DNA of 64,000 bases from Lytechinus pictus (lineage: Eukaryota): positions 2,110,001-2,174,000 of the forward strand of contig NC_087252.1 of assembly GCF_037042905.1 (NCBI RefSeq), given 5' to 3'. A program made the translations under genes and the position numbers. Shown one piece after another: positions 12,837 to 26,814 of this stretch. Under the pieces are notes generated by a model. It was given only the letters and a program-made list of their open reading frames with translations, did not search any database and was not told the origin of the DNA. Position 1 is the stretch's first letter, and each line of letters opens with the position of its first letter.

Positions 12837-14199
12837 TATATTTTAATAGAGTGCAACTATTTGTACATATTTTATTGCGCAGCAAGAGTCCCTTATATGT
12901 TATACATAATACCAGAATAAATAGGTTTTTAATTTAGAGTGCATGGAGAATATATCGTCCTAGTCAGGTAGATATGATCGAAATTTCGACATGACCGTCA
13001 AATTGGGTATACATGCAATATTTTTGCTCAGAGTTGTAGTATAGGGTGTATTCTTCAAGAAGCCCACTTGGGGAATTTTTTATATTGACGTCATAAGCCA
13101 CGCCCACTTTTTGGCACAATTTTCTCAATTGTGATTTTTTTTATTTTACATAGTAAACATATCATGTTTGATATCAATTAAATCTTATGACAAATCAAAT
13201 ATAAATATATGATTTATATGGCATTTTGGCCATGTACAGGTCATTTAAATGTCATTTTAAGGTCATAAAAGGACAAATTATGACAAAAAAGGTTATACAT
13301 TATAATAGGGAGACTGTCATGTTCTGAAAGCTTACATAAAGAATATTATTTTTTGTTTTGCTGACGCTTGTAGTCGAGATTGTGTATATTAAAAATCTGA
13401 CAGTTGCCATCTAGGCACTCTGAGGATAGTGTCTTTATTCACATCATAAGCCACGCCCATTTTTTCATATTTCTCTTAATTGCGGCTTTTCTGTTTTACA
13501 GAATAAACATTTGTTTGATTTTGAATTAAATCTTAAGAAAATTAAAAACTAAATACATAAATCTTATGGCATTTAAGACTCGTCAATGTCATTTAAAGGT
13601 CATTACAGGTCGTGAAAGGTCAAATTTGGTCTCAAAAAGTTTTTCACATATTGCAGAACATCTCGTGTTTTAAATACAAAAAAATGAAATATTATATACA
13701 TTGTTACTGAAAGTTGTAGTCGAGGGTGTGTATATTAAGAATTTGATGTGTACTACCTTGTCATCCATGGGCAGTTTTTCATATTTTCTTATTTTAGGAA
13801 CCCTAACCCCAATCCTAACCACTTTTCGCATAGGCATATGTCAAAATTTATACGGAATGCGACATACCGGTATATGAATGAATGAATCTTTATTTCGTTT
13901 CAATTCCGATATTAAACAGCATCAACAGTAAATCATTGCAGTGCAAGTAAATAGCACAGAACAAAATTGAATAATTACAGAATAATATACATAATACATG
14001 CGCTACTTTTTATGGAACATTAGCAACACCCATGAGACAAGATGGAAACAAAACCTGGTGACCTACTTAGAAGATTAGCTTGTGATATGATATGATGTAC
14101 ATGTAACATGGAATAAACATGATCATGTTTGATATCAAATTAGATCTACTGAAAATCATAAATCATACTACTATACAAGATTAGGCATTATGGCATAGG

Positions 14200-15460
14200 A
14201 GGTGTTGCATATAACTGGTTTCAAAACCACCTTTCTGATCGCAAACAATTTACTTTTTAAAAATAATATTAAATCTAATACTGTATTTTGCCAATAACAT
14301 ATGGTGTCCCGCAAGGAAATGTACAATGTCATTTGTTGTTTTTAATTTATGTTAATGACATTATTTATTCCTCTAAAATATCAAAATTTGTACTGTATGC
14401 AGATGATACTAATACTATATTGTCACATTAAAATGAACTAGAATTGATTAAATTAGCTAACAGTGAACTTTTGCCCGTTGCAAATTGGCTTAAAGCAAAT
14501 AATCTGATGATTAACATCAATAAAACCAATTATGTAATATTCCGTTCATTAAAAAACATTTGTCTCCAACTACGCAGTTAATATTGATAATACTGAAATC
14601 GAAAATTTTCACAGCATAAACTTTTCAGTTGTAATAATCGACGAAAGACTAAATTTGGCAGAACATGTTAATAATATCGATGGGAAAATAGGTATGTACA
14701 TAGGTATCATGCGCAAAATTCGTCATTTTATACCTTTAAAAGCCTTATTCATGTTATACGATGCCTTCATCTTGCCGTATTTAAGTCATTGGGGAATAGT
14801 TTGTTCAGGTACTAATTAAAAAACATTAATCGTTAATTTGTTTTGCAAAAGGAAGCAATTCGACTGTGCAGAAAACTCGCATTACCTTGCTTACACTACT
14901 ATTCTTTTAAAAACCTTAAATACATTAAAGCTGTCTGATTTGATTAACCTGAAATTGGTAATCTTTATGTATTCTCATTTTAACGGCTCACTACCTCCTA
15001 TTTTAGATGAGTTATTTTCTAATAGTAAATTCAAGCACTCATTTAATACACGTAATAAGAATAACGCTATCTTGCCACATTGTCGTATAAATCTCACTCA
15101 GCGTAACTCCATCATCTTTAAATGTACTAAGTTATGGAATGCTCGTACATCTGAAATAGAAAAAATACATTGACAATATGCTTTTATATCTAAATATAGA
15201 AAATTTATCATATATGCATATAACAAAACCTATACAAACATGTGTGAGTGTGTGTGTCTGTCTTTTGTTTGTAGTCTGGTTGTAATTGGCCTATTGTAGA
15301 TCGGATTGTTATTTGAAGTTATTGATTTACCATGTCATAATTATGTAAGGGGATCACTGTTTAGCAAGCCATATGCTTTTGTTGTGATTCCCATACACAT
15401 TTCATTGTGTATATATCTGCTTTGCACTTTATGACTTATAAATAAATTAAATTGAAATTG
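14200..15460 (+). pseudogene. Degenerate 5'-truncated LINE reverse transcriptase fragment
   Basis: YGVPQG at ~14299 and LYADDT at ~14393; many stops; ORF 14838-15173 resembles an RT C-terminus; AATAAA plus (attgaa)n tail. Confidence 0.8.
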
Positions 15461-17689
15461 AAAAAATTCAAAAGTACACACATACACGAATCTCATGGCA
15501 TTTAAGAACTGTCCAGGTCAGTTAAAGGGCATTTAAAGTTATGAAAGGTCGAATTCGGTCACAAATGTAAGTCTTTACATAATGCAGAATTATCGTCTTA
15601 GAATACAAACATGTCAAGCATTTGTACTGAAAGTTGTAGGTTGGGGTGTGTGTATATTAAGAATATTTTGGGTGCTACCTTGTCATTCATGAGTTTTTGT
15701 TTTAAATATATTTTCTTCCTTTATGAACCCCAACCACTTTTCACACAGGCATACATGTATATCTAAATTTGGATGGAATATGACATGTAATATGGAATAA
15801 AGGTAGTGAAAATTATAATACAAATAATATGGATCATCATATATTAAAACGTTTGCAGTAATTTCTAGGTAATTTAAGCTCTTTAACTCTTTAAATGCCG
15901 TTGGCAGCTATGCGTGCCCTTAGCCCTCTAATGCCATTGGCACGTATGCGTGCCCAGATAACTTTATTTTTTTAAACCAATTTTACAGCCAGAAAATCAA
16001 CACCATATTCTCTGTTTTTTATGTTGTTATACTGGCCAGGAATTCACAATTCATTTTATCATATAAAAAATAGTGGTTTACATAGACATTTTTTGAGTAA
16101 AATTGTATTTTTGCATCATTATTTTCAAGAGTTGATTTCGGATATTGCTGCGATCTGAATCAAGATTTCCCCTATTGACACGTGTGATATAACGGTTGTG
16201 TGTAGCAATACACGTACTTCTATGGGCAGAGCAAAGGCGAATGTGCGAAGACATTCAGCTCGGAATTGACCAATGACCGAGCGGTACGATGTTCCTCACC
16301 CAACACTACTCGCCCATTCGCTATTGTTACATGAATATTCATGAGCTATCGATCAGGTCTTTTGCAGGCCTGTATGGTAGTATTCTTGTGTCAAGGCTTT
16401 TTTCTGCCTGCAAATGTGCACGGTTTGGGGATTTTTTTTTTTTGGGGGGGGGGGGCGGGGGAAAGGTCTTATACATTGTTTTTAGCATTGTCACAAAATT
16501 GTTCTCGTTATAAATATATTAGTAAAGAAGCCTGTCATTTCCAACTCTCGTCTGCGCACTGCAATCATCACACTCATTATTTATTTATTCATTTATTATT
16601 GTTATTAATATTATCATTATTAGTATTAGTTGAGAACACCAATGATTGATGCAATTTAATGTGTATAATTCTACATGTTTGTTACGTAACATTTATATTT
16701 ATATTTTATTTCTGATTGTAAGCGCTGTGATACTTTTTGTGTATAAATAACCATTATTATTATTATTATTATTATAATTATTATTATCATTATTGTTATT
16801 GTTATTGTTATTATAATTATTATTATCATTATTCTTCTCTTTCACCTTCTTTTTAGTATAAAAGGGATGGTCCCGGCTGAAAGTATTTATAGTTTTATAT
16901 ACAAAGCAGAATTCACTGAGCAAAATACCGAAATTTTCATCAAAATCGGATAACAAATAACAAAGTTATTGAATTTCAAAGTTTAGTAATATTTTGTGAA
17001 AACAGTCATAAATATTATAATTATATATTATGTCATAAAATGATTGTAATCATATCAATTTCATTTCCGCTGCAGCCAAACTCTCTCTTCATAAACTTAA
17101 GATCAGGTAAATAATGGTTCATATTCGTTTGTGTTTTTATAGCCCATACCATTATAAAAAAGAATTATTGATATTGTTACGCTTATTAATATCATATTCA
17201 AACTTCTCACAAAAATATTAATTGTTCAATTTTCTCCTCGAATAAAATAGGACGAAGAAAAAAGAGAGTGATAATTAACCCTTTGCGTGCGGGCCCGCGA
17301 ATCCCGATACCTCTCCCTGCGGCGGAGCCGTTTTGGTACATTGCTGGTATTTGGATCTGTGGCGGTGTTTTCCGAATCAATTGCTAATTGCGCCAAACTA
17401 AAGTATTTTCAGGATTTTTAGTAAATGTAAATATGAAAGAGCAGACATTTTTTTCTTTCTAGAAACAAAGGTATTGCTTCTCAAATCAACAGAATAGTTA
17501 AGAAATTTACGAGGAAAAAGTCGTGTTATTTTGTAAAATCTTCGCTTTTCCCCAAGTCATGATGACCGTTTTGATAGATTTAATTGTGACATACTTAATT
17601 TTTGAGAATAGGACCTCCCGCCTTCGGCACATATACGTTGGAATTATGGAATTCATAAATGGCTCATTATAACCATATTCACTTTATAC

Positions 17690-19020
17690 TCCCTTTATGC
17701 CAGCAAAAAGATGATGGGTAAATTCCCCTACACGCTGAGCTCTTATGTCAAATGTGATATCATTATACTACTAAATGAAAAAAATGAATCAAGCAAATTT
17801 GATAACAACACCAAATAATGTACCAAGTTTGGTGGAAAAAATAAGCATCAAATTTGCATCGGTTACGGAAGAAACCTAAATATTATTTTGATCATCAACA
17901 AAATATATGATGTCAATGTGGCAAGGGCGAAATAAAAAGTATGATGTGTGTAACGAAGAAAAAAAAGAGAAAATGGGAGTGAGCGAATCAAGCGAGTAAA
18001 CGCACTTTTCATGATCTTTTATTTACATAATTCTGTGAATGTCATGCATTTTCCGTAATGCTTTTTTTATTCTTCCTCATTTGTTTTATTAGCGAGAAAT
18101 AATTTATATCAATCAATGCATAATTTCTTCCGATGTTCCGCTTTCTTTTGTTTCTCCCTTTTTGCCAGCAAAACGATGATGGGTAAATTCCCCTACACGC
18201 TGAGCTCATATGTCAAATCTGATATCATATACTACTAAATGAAAAAAAAAATGGATCAAGAAAATTTGATAACAACACCAAATTACGTACCAATTTTGGT
18301 GGAAAAAATAAGCATCAAATTTGCATCAGTTACGGAAAGAAACCTAAATATTATTTTGATATTCAACAAAATATATGATGTCAATGTCTAAATTACAGGG
18401 ATTTAAAATAAGTCTAGATGGATTGTAGTTAGGGACCAATCGATTTCTGGATTTTGTTTTAATCCTAAAGACTTAAATTTAAATCTCAAATGATTTAAAT
18501 TCAAATTAAATTTAAATCTTTCGAGATTTAAAAAAGGAATCTGAAGGATTCAATTAAATCCGGAATTCGATTGGTCCCTAACTACAGTCCATGTGGACTA
18601 ATTTTAAATCCCTGTAATTTAGAGTGATGGCAAGGGCGAAATAAAAAGTATGATGTGTGTAAGGAAGAAAAACAAGAGAAAATGGGAGTGAGCGAATCAA
18701 GCGAGTAAACGCACTTTTCATGATCTTTTCACTTTTCATAATTCTGTGAATGTCAATTCTGTGAATTCTGTGAATGTCATGCATTTTCCGTAATGCTTTT
18801 TTTATTCTTCCTCATTTGTTTTATTAGCGAGAAATAATTTATATCAATCAATGCATAATTTCTTCCGATGTTCCGCTTTCTTTTGTTTCTCCCTTTTTGC
18901 CAGCAAAAAGATAATGGGTATATTCCCCTACACGCTGAGCTCATATGGCAAATCTGGAAGCATAAACTGGATTACTACTAAATGGAAAAAAATATATATA
19001 TATCAAGCAAATTTAATAAT
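17690..19020 (+). repeat. Local tandem duplication, ~460-bp unit, about 2.3 copies
   Basis: gccagcaaaa.gat.atgggta.attcccctacacgctgagctc at ~17699, ~18163 and ~18899. Confidence 0.85.
18387..18623. mobile_element. Small palindromic MITE
   Basis: ~55-bp TIR TCTAAATTACAGGGATTTAAAAT...GTTAGGGACCAATCGA; interrupts one unit of a local tandem duplication. Confidence 0.8.
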
Positions 19021-22000
19021 TGGAAATGTAAATTGTACTAACATATCGAGTATGTTGATTGTGCATAAGTCCTACTGCATGAATATTGACAATGCACGGT
19101 ATAAAGAAATTTAGTGGTGTCACTTATATATCATTTGAACAGCAAATAATGTCCATTTAATTTATTATTTCAGGGAAGGGGAAGTAAAAATAATCCTTAC
19201 TAGATTGATATTTTAATGACGGGGTAATTATAAATATCACAAATAAAGAGGTGTAGAAAATATAATTTCTGATATTGTCGAAAGCAATATCTTACTTTTC
19301 TGATAGATGATCAATTACAAACATATTATTTGAATAAACAATCGTAAGGTTCAACAATTTATAAAGATCTAAATTTCTACAAATTGTTAGTAATTTCTAC
19401 CTTCACACCCCATTGCTTCGTTATTTATGTTCCCTCTTTTATCTTTCAATTTCCTGTATTTTTGATTTGTCAAGGATTATATAGCCTATACATTTCTTCA
19501 ATCTTAAATCTTATCTTTATCCTTTATTTCTAAATTTGCAAAATAGGCTTCAGCTACAAGTTAATTAAATTATTTTAAACTATTTGTTTTTCTTTATGCT
19601 TTTGATAAGTGGAAGTAACAATGCCAGTGTTTGTGCTGGTGGTCGTGGTGGTGGAGGTGTGCTGTTTCCCCGTGATTTCATTCTCGACATTATCCATGCC
19701 ATCTTTACCATCATCACTATCATCATCATCATCATCATTTAGATTACAGGAAATTTGACGCATATTGTCGATGCTAAATGTCTTAAAGTCGAAACAGTGT
19801 TGGGGAAAGAGACAGAGGAATCTTAATCTTGATCTCAACGGAGAGAAAAGCTATTGTGCGTATCGGAACCTTTGAAAGTATTCAATTGTCAAATCAAAAG
19901 ACGCGCGCGTGGCACGATTTCTATGAACATCCTGTGCTAAATTGCTCTCCTCGATAATAGGTCAGGAGGGAGTGCGGATTAGACATTCCTCATGAAAGAG
20001 AGTCTGGGGATCTATTGTTCATGACTTGGTGGAATGAACAATAAAAATGCAGTCGCTATCAGACAGGTGGCTACTTTGCTCGCTTGCGGAATGAATGAAG
20101 CCTAAAGTTTGAAAATAATCAATTATTCAAAGACATAATATGCAATGGGGCCCTTTTTTTGTCTAAAATTTCCATTATATTTTCATATTCATATTGCATT
20201 ATATTATCCACACGAAAAAGAATATCCGGCATGTATTGTCCATTCCTTGGCATGTACGAGATGCATAGTTGGCCCAGATTACAGTCTGTAAATTGTCAGA
20301 ATACCAGTATTATAATGACTGTAATCACAAAATTCTAATTGCGTAATTATTCATTATGTTTATCTTAATTTTGGTTACCCTGGAAGCCGCGGGGGGGGGG
20401 GGTCTCTTACTTCAAAACGGCTCAACATTAACATTTTTTGACAGTTTAAAAATGAGTGTTCACAAATATCAACGTTCATAATATTTTAATACTTTGCCAA
20501 AAACGCCCATATTATTTTGTGGGATTTTACACCCCAAACCTGTTAGTATTGAATCTGTCCGATCCCTCTTTATCTATATTTCGATATATCATCTTTAGTT
20601 TTCTATATTTTGTCTCCTTCTGACTGGCAATAACTTTGTTACAGTCGAAAGCCCGTATAGTATGTACGACGAATCGACCCTGACAAAATATGGCCAAACT
20701 TTTCACTGATTCATGCTTTAGAACGATAGTTGAGTGGGTCGCAAATGTTTGTTGCCGACACTGGATAGAAATCGCCTACATTATCCAAAACAGTATATAG
20801 TTGAGTGCATCGCACACCACAACTCGTATCCAGGTTACGATTTTTCTAAAACATGTTTTGCATTACGACAATATTGACAAGAATTGAAATGACATAAAAT
20901 TTACACTGCGCTAATAATTTTGTTTCCCCAATAGCGGTAGTTTCGGAATACCGCGCATTCTGAAAAATTACAGGGTCTTGTTTTGAAGACTACACGAATG
21001 TAAGGGTACGGTTGGCTGCACTGTGAAGCTACATGGCTCCAATATATTATTGTAGATTGTGTGTGTTTGCGTGGGGATCGCAGCTGTGCTGTGATTGGTC
21101 ACTTGATCGACGACAATGCCCTTTTTTGGAAAGGTCGGTTTCAATTTCGTGTGTATAAACCCTCTCACATTTCAGAGGAAATAACTTGAATAGCAAAATA
21201 GTATTTCATTAAAAAGAGCATTATTTTTCATATTTCTGTTTGTTCAATTTCATCAATAGATACGTCATTTGAAAGGGTAAACATTGAACTTTCATTTTAT
21301 CCTCTTAATTTGTTGGTATCTCTATAATTACTGAGGTTATTTACTCTTTGAAATGTTCATGAAATCATAATTTTCTATGTTTTACTTATTGAAAAAAAAC
21401 GATGTAAAATATTTCATCTTTTCTCATTTTTTCCGATTGCAAATATGAAAGGTCATAACATGATCATAAAGTTCATGAACCATGCATCATTTCATATGTA
21501 GAAGGTTTCATTATACAACGTACGGGTAAAGAGATATGACCGTTTTAAAATCGGTCTCTGCTTACGTTTCGGTCAATTTAGGATTCCCTCGAATATCCCT
21601 GGCACTAGAGGGGTATTGGGCATGGCATAGTAAGAGTTAAATGTCTTATTTGGGCACAAAAAAGAACACAGCATATTATTCTTAACATGTCATATTTTAT
21701 TTCTATATTACTGAATAATCATTTCATCCAGTCTCACCTGCTTTTTTTAAGAGTATTAAAAATGGGCGTGGCGTATGATGTCAATAGGAAGTAGTGCCTT
21801 AGAGTGCCAAAACTGTCAGATTCATAATAAACACACCCTCAACCACAAATTACAGCCAACAAATGCTTATAATTATGCTTTATGTTAGCTTTCGGAACAT
21901 GACAGGCTCCGTATTGTGATGAATTGCCTTTCTGTGTCCTAATTTGACCTCTGATGATCTTCAATTACCTTTAAATAAGCTGTAGGCCTACACGGCAAAA

Positions 22001-23070
22001 TGCCATATCAGTCATATATTTATATTTGATTTGTCATAAGCTTTAATTTGGTACCAAACATAATACATTTATGTAAAATAGAGAAATTATATTTAAGAGG
22101 AATGTGAAAAAAGGGCGCGGCTTATGACGTCAATACAAAAAATTCCCAAGGATGCCCAGGTTGCACCCTTCGGATTCTTGAAGAAGACACCCTATACCAC
22201 GATTTTGGGCAAAAAAAATCATATATACCCAACTTTACGGTCCTGTTGTTTGTTCTACTCGACTATCACGATTTCATGATATGAAAATGAAATGCAACTT
22301 GTTCTTGTCTTTCTGAAAACTCTCAATGTCGACAGATTTTTTCGCCACAGTTCGCTTTCGGCGAAATACAGATCCCGAACTATCGGCAAAATTGTATCCG
22401 GAGACACAAATATTCCGTAAGTGTTTATACCGTATATTTCATTATATCTTCGAGTTCTATTTTGTTTTAAATAAGGCAAATTTGCGACGATAAACATTTG
22501 AAAGACTTTCCTTCAGGAACTATTATCATGTCTAAGAAATATCACAATTTATTTTTTTAATCGTGATGCAGGATCCTTTCTTTATTAGTTCTATATAACC
22601 GAAATGGCTACCCTATTAAAAATGAAATTACTAAACCTTCTTACTCACCTTGTAGAACATATTTATCACATCAATGACAATTATGCAGAATGTCTAAAAC
22701 TTTACACTTTTGAAATTGCTGCAAAATGAAGACGAAACATGATTCTGGGGAGAAAGTTTTTATGTTTGAAAAGCCCATCGTACTCGCCTTTCATTCGACG
22801 TCAATTTGATCAAAAGGTATTTGCCTAAGCACGAGTATTTCTTTTAAAAAAATTAACGAAAATTAGGTTGAGCAGGAATCAATAAAGATTTCAGCATGAA
22901 CAATATTTCCGACCTTTTTATGACAGGTGGAAATAAAGTCATTGAGCTATCAGTATCAAACCTCTTCTCCAGGAATCATGAGTTTGTCATTTAACACTTC
23001 AAGAAAACTTTTGATTTCTTAATGATATTGTGGAAACAACCATGGATTTTATATTAATGCATTATTATAG

Positions 23071-23307
23071 ATCTTGTGACGATCTTCGACGATGACTTAG
23101 TCCAGTTACGGATGCTAATGGCTTGCCTCGACGAACAAATGATGGAAGAATTCTGCAAGAAAGTAGACATACCTTTAGATGTAGTAGGACCAAACAAGCA
23201 GAGACCAGACAATATCGATCTTCGACGATGGAGAGACAATCACTTACAGTATACAGTGAAAGTCGTCTTCTCAGAAATAACTGGATTCATGACGAATAAA
23301 ACTAAAG
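23071..23307 (+). CDS. Copy 1 death-domain-like exon (3' boundary uncertain, 23307 or 23328)
   Basis: attattatag|AT; DLVTIFDDDLVQLRMLM...LRRWRD...; phase-1 donors at 23308 (gtatcg) or 23329 (gtggtt, which would keep an IGRTEL motif). Confidence 0.7.
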
Positions 23308-23554
23308 GTATCGGCCGAACGGAGTTGGGTGGTTTGCAGCTCCAGACTCTTTTTTATGAATAAGTCTGTTTCCATATACTAAAATTGAGTGGTGCGTACA
23401 AGTAAACATATTTATTTCATGCTTAAAAAAAGCAAAACAAGTGTAAATTCCTAACGGTATGTACATGTATAGTCTTAATTGTTGAACATTTTTCGTTTTA
23501 TTGTATACATAAATTTGAAGAACTGTGCTTACAACCTTTCGCAAATAAATACCT

Positions 23555-23725
23555 GGGGGGGGGGGCGTTTCATAAAATTGTTCGTAAGTTCAGAGCGACT
23601 TTAAGAAAGACTGGTGAACCTTTCTTACGCGCTATCGCCAATGAATGTACCTTTTACCACAAGAAATGATCACCAGTCGTTCTTAAAGTCGCTCTTTACT
23701 TAACAGCTTTAGGAAACACCCACCC
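23555..23725. mobile_element. Small palindromic MITE
   Basis: AGAGCGACTTTAAGAAAGACTGGTGA versus TCACCAGTCGTTCTTAAAGTCGCTCT. Confidence 0.7.
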
Positions 23726-23803
23726 GATCAAATTAACCCTCTTTTGATAAGATTCAGATAAGAAAATAAAAAAGAAAATGATACAGATCATATTGCACAT
23801 CTA

Positions 23804-24120
23804 GGCTGTATTCTGAAGTCGGGTTTACATGTAATTTAAACTATGGTTGTAAGTTGTGGTTTAACTATGGAAAGCCAGTTATTACATAAATCTATAACAA
23901 TAGGGGTTCAATGTGTCAGCTCATTTGACTCCCAAAACATTATTAACTGCCTGGGAAGAATAAGTGTGACAATTGTCTTCACCATTAAATAATTAGTAAA
24001 GAGCATAGTAAACATGAGAAGCATTCACTGTTAACAAAATTTCGAAACGTTTGGCTTCCCATGATTTTAGCACAGAGTTATACCATAGTCTATATTAAAC
24101 CTGACTTCAAAATACTGGCC
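23804..24120. mobile_element. Small TIR MITE
   Basis: GGCTGTATTCTGAAGTCGGGTTTA versus TAAACCTGACTTCAAAATACTGGCC. Confidence 0.65.
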
Positions 24121-24217
24121 GTAGTGTAGAAGTGATATAATTAGCTTTCTTAACGGCCTAAATATGAAAATTGAAAAGATGATAATATCGCATTTCAATC
24201 AAACTTCACATTTTCAG

Positions 24218-24331
24218 TAAACTTTGTAACGGATGAAGAACTTGATTGGCTGGTGTTTCAAGTGGCAACCGACGGCAAGGTGGAGAAATGTGTCGGGAAA
24301 AGATCAAAGAAGTTTGCAAAAAAACTAAGGG
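24218..24331 (+). CDS. Copy 1 exon, N-terminal half of a split death-like module
   Basis: cacattttcag|TA; VNFVTDEELDWLVFQV...; phase-1 donor gtgagc at 24332 (alternative gtcagt at 24347); too short for the ORF track. Confidence 0.65.
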
Positions 24332-24694
24332 GTGAGCTAATACATGGTCAGTGATTCTCTTTTTGACGGGGAAAGGGAGAATGGCTTAATATTATGATAA
24401 CGTCAGTATACGAAATGAACATTCGCATTATGGCATTAACTATCATCTACACTTTATATTGAAACTCAGGACCTTATACACATATCACTATATATTTTAC
24501 AATAAAATTCAATTTTAGTAACAATTTATATAAATTAATCGCCCAAAAGAAGATATTTTTTATCGATTTGTGAAAATCGATGTCCTGTTTCATGTTAAAT
24601 GCAAGATGCCATGACTAATTCATCTGCTAAATGTATAGTTGTATATTCTAACGTGTATTTTACATCGAAGTATCATGATTATTATTAAATGAAG

Positions 24695-24937
24695 CTACAC
24701 ACAGCTTATTGGCTGACGAGCGGGATGGAGAGTCTCAACCTAAGTTTGAGCGATTACATTCACAAGAAGGACATGAAGGAGCAGTCGCCGAAACAGCAGG
24801 TTCTCACAAAGAATCGCAGGAGGAAGATACATCATCGGATGCTCTGCTGCAACAGCTCAAGTTATGGAGAAACAACCATAAAGAGAAGAAATGTCGAAAA
24901 TCATTGAGATCAGCTTTGAAGCATGTAGGGCTAGAAG
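24695..24937 (+). CDS. Copy 1 exon, acidic linker plus C-terminal half of a death-like module
   Basis: phase-1 acceptor aag at 24692-24694 is weak; ...ALLQQLKLWRNN...LRSALKHVGLE G|gtaaaa. Confidence 0.65.
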
Positions 24938-25430
24938 GTAAAAGCGATTTGAAGTTACATTAGATCATCCTTTCCCTGTTTTTTTTTCTTCATAGGCTGT
25001 ACACTCATGCGTTTCCTTTTTGTAATAATAGGACACTGGATTCTATGATAAATGAAACCATCAAAACGTAAACAAAAAATATTTTTAATGGATGGTATTT
25101 TAGAGTTTGAATAGATTGAATGTTTGTTATGTTCAGCCCTAATTGTTCGTAGTCCACCCCTAATTGTTTGTAGCTCCATTGATATACTAGTAATTACAAC
25201 ATGATATAATTTATTCATATTTTGTTTGACACACGCTTTCCTTGTCATTCATATTATTCATTGGCTTTTAGTGACATGAATCATGAGATTGATATGATTG
25301 TTATTATAAGTTTAAATAAAATCCTATGATTTGTAAAGAAAAAGGTAAAATTAATTTCAAGTAGGACTATTGAGTTGGGAGTATCACACAAAATAATGAT
25401 CATCTATGCACATTTGATTGATCCCAATAG

Positions 25431-25721
25431 AATGCATCGTAAACAAGACGCCACGGGAAAAGGTGTATGAAGTAGAGATTGTACGAGCAGCCTTTCACAT
25501 ATTGATGAGGGACGTTTACCCCGTCATAGAAGAACTGGGCATTGACCGGAAGACGATCCCGAAGTACATGAGACAGTGTCCTGTTATAGGCAAAGGATCG
25601 TTGGATCTTCTGTTTAAGATCTGCGAAGGGAAGGACAAATCGAAAAGCTACAATCGTCTTGATTTCTGTGTAAAGCTCACAAATATGGGTTATGTCGATG
25701 TTGCAAGATCTATATATTTAG
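25431..25721 (+). CDS. Copy 1 death-domain-like exon
   Basis: atcccaatag|AA...TTAG|gtacga; 291 nt, phase 1-1; ...VIEELGIDRKTI...SLDLLFK...KLTNMGYVDVARSI (LGI and LxxxGxxDVA motifs). Confidence 0.8.
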
Positions 25722-25877
25722 GTACGATATCACTGACACAGGGACTGCGCCAGGGTATTATGATAATGATGGGGAAAGACCTATTATTTCAATCGACTAA
25801 CATGGGTACTGCTCTGAAATAATTCAAGAAATGAAATATGTAATCAATTATATTAGCCTCATATTCCGATTAGTAGA

Positions 25878-26090
25878 GTGGAAGCGCCGTGGTGAAGCGG
25901 TTCCAATTCTCACCTTGTAATCAGAGGGTCTTGTGTTCGAATCCCACCACGGCCTAGCGTGCTTTGGCATGGCGTCAATCCACACTTTGCCATTCTCCAC
26001 TCAGGTGCTAAATGGGTACATTGTAGAATGCGAAAACATATGTAGTATGCTTAGCAATTGAGTCATGGAACTCTCAATGGAATACTTTCC
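25878..26090 (+). mobile_element. tRNA-derived SINE (degenerate)
   Basis: A-box-like GTGGTGAAGCGG and B box GTTCGAATCCC followed by a non-tRNA body (ctcaggtgctaaatgggtac). Confidence 0.65.
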
Positions 26091-26544
26091 AGCAGGGGCA
26101 AATGCAGGATTTTCCAAGGGGGGGGGGGGTTCACATCCCCCCTAAAAAATGACAAGCACAACAGAGGTTTCACTAAAAATGAAGTATTTCGTCCCACGTA
26201 AAATTTGACAAGCACACTTGAATATGAGTGACATATTTACATTTAAAATATTGGGAGGATTACGGGTCTGATGGATCAACGACTGCTCCCCAAGGAGTGG
26301 AAAATGCATACATTTTGGGCGGCCATGGATATAATAATAATAACATAAAGCGATTAGAATCATTAAGTGCTAAATGCGAAAAAATGTTATTACTATTCAT
26401 ATTATTATCAATATTGATTTTTTTATTATTATAATTATCATTATTATTATAATTACTAGTGTCAATTATTACTAGTGTCATTATTTTTTGTTAGTATAAT
26501 TATCATCAAAGTTATTTTGCCTTCTTTTCAAAATATCAATAAAG

Positions 26545-26814
26545 ATCACGAGATGAGTATAAGTGAGTTAGCTAGTATTGCCTCCGTACTGCACAGACGG
26601 GACCAAGCAAAGTTTGAGCCTCTTATTCATAAATTGGATTTGAGACCTGATGAACTTCCAGAAGATCATGGAGCACAGTTTGAGACATACTGTTTAGAAG
26701 TGCTAAGGACTTGGAAGGAGAAGATCAGACCCGTTCCGTACCACTACAGACGTCACATCGTTGAGGGTCTCCAAGCAGTTGAATGTTCTGATCTTGCTGA
26801 TGAAGTTCTGACAG
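26545..26814 (+). CDS. Copy 1 death-domain-like exon
   Basis: aataaag|AT...ACAG|gtagtc; 270 nt, phase 1-1; MSISELASIASVL...CLEVLRTWKEK...IVEGLQAVECSDLADEV, the most canonical death-domain pattern of the set. Confidence 0.85.

Larger units (their letters stand above)
15887..21636. mobile_element. piggyBac-like non-autonomous element nested in the 12961 element
   Basis: TTAA|CTCTT...GCCCTCTAATGCCA and TGGCACTAGAGGGG...AAGAG|TTAA. Confidence 0.55.
12961..22265. mobile_element. Large TAG...CTA TIR element (Academ-like termini) containing nested insertions
   Basis: TAGTCAGGTAG...GACCGTCAAATTGGGTATA versus TATACCCAACTTTACGGTC...CTACTCGACTA; ~300-bp subterminal repeat units; flanks TCC/TCA. Confidence 0.7.

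Noticed and set aside
19575..19838. ORF with poly-Asp and poly-Thr runs
   Set aside because: Driven by trinucleotide microsatellites inside nested transposon sequence
25878..25955. Second tRNA gene
   Set aside because: Stems pair poorly and a SINE-like body follows, so it is called as a SINE
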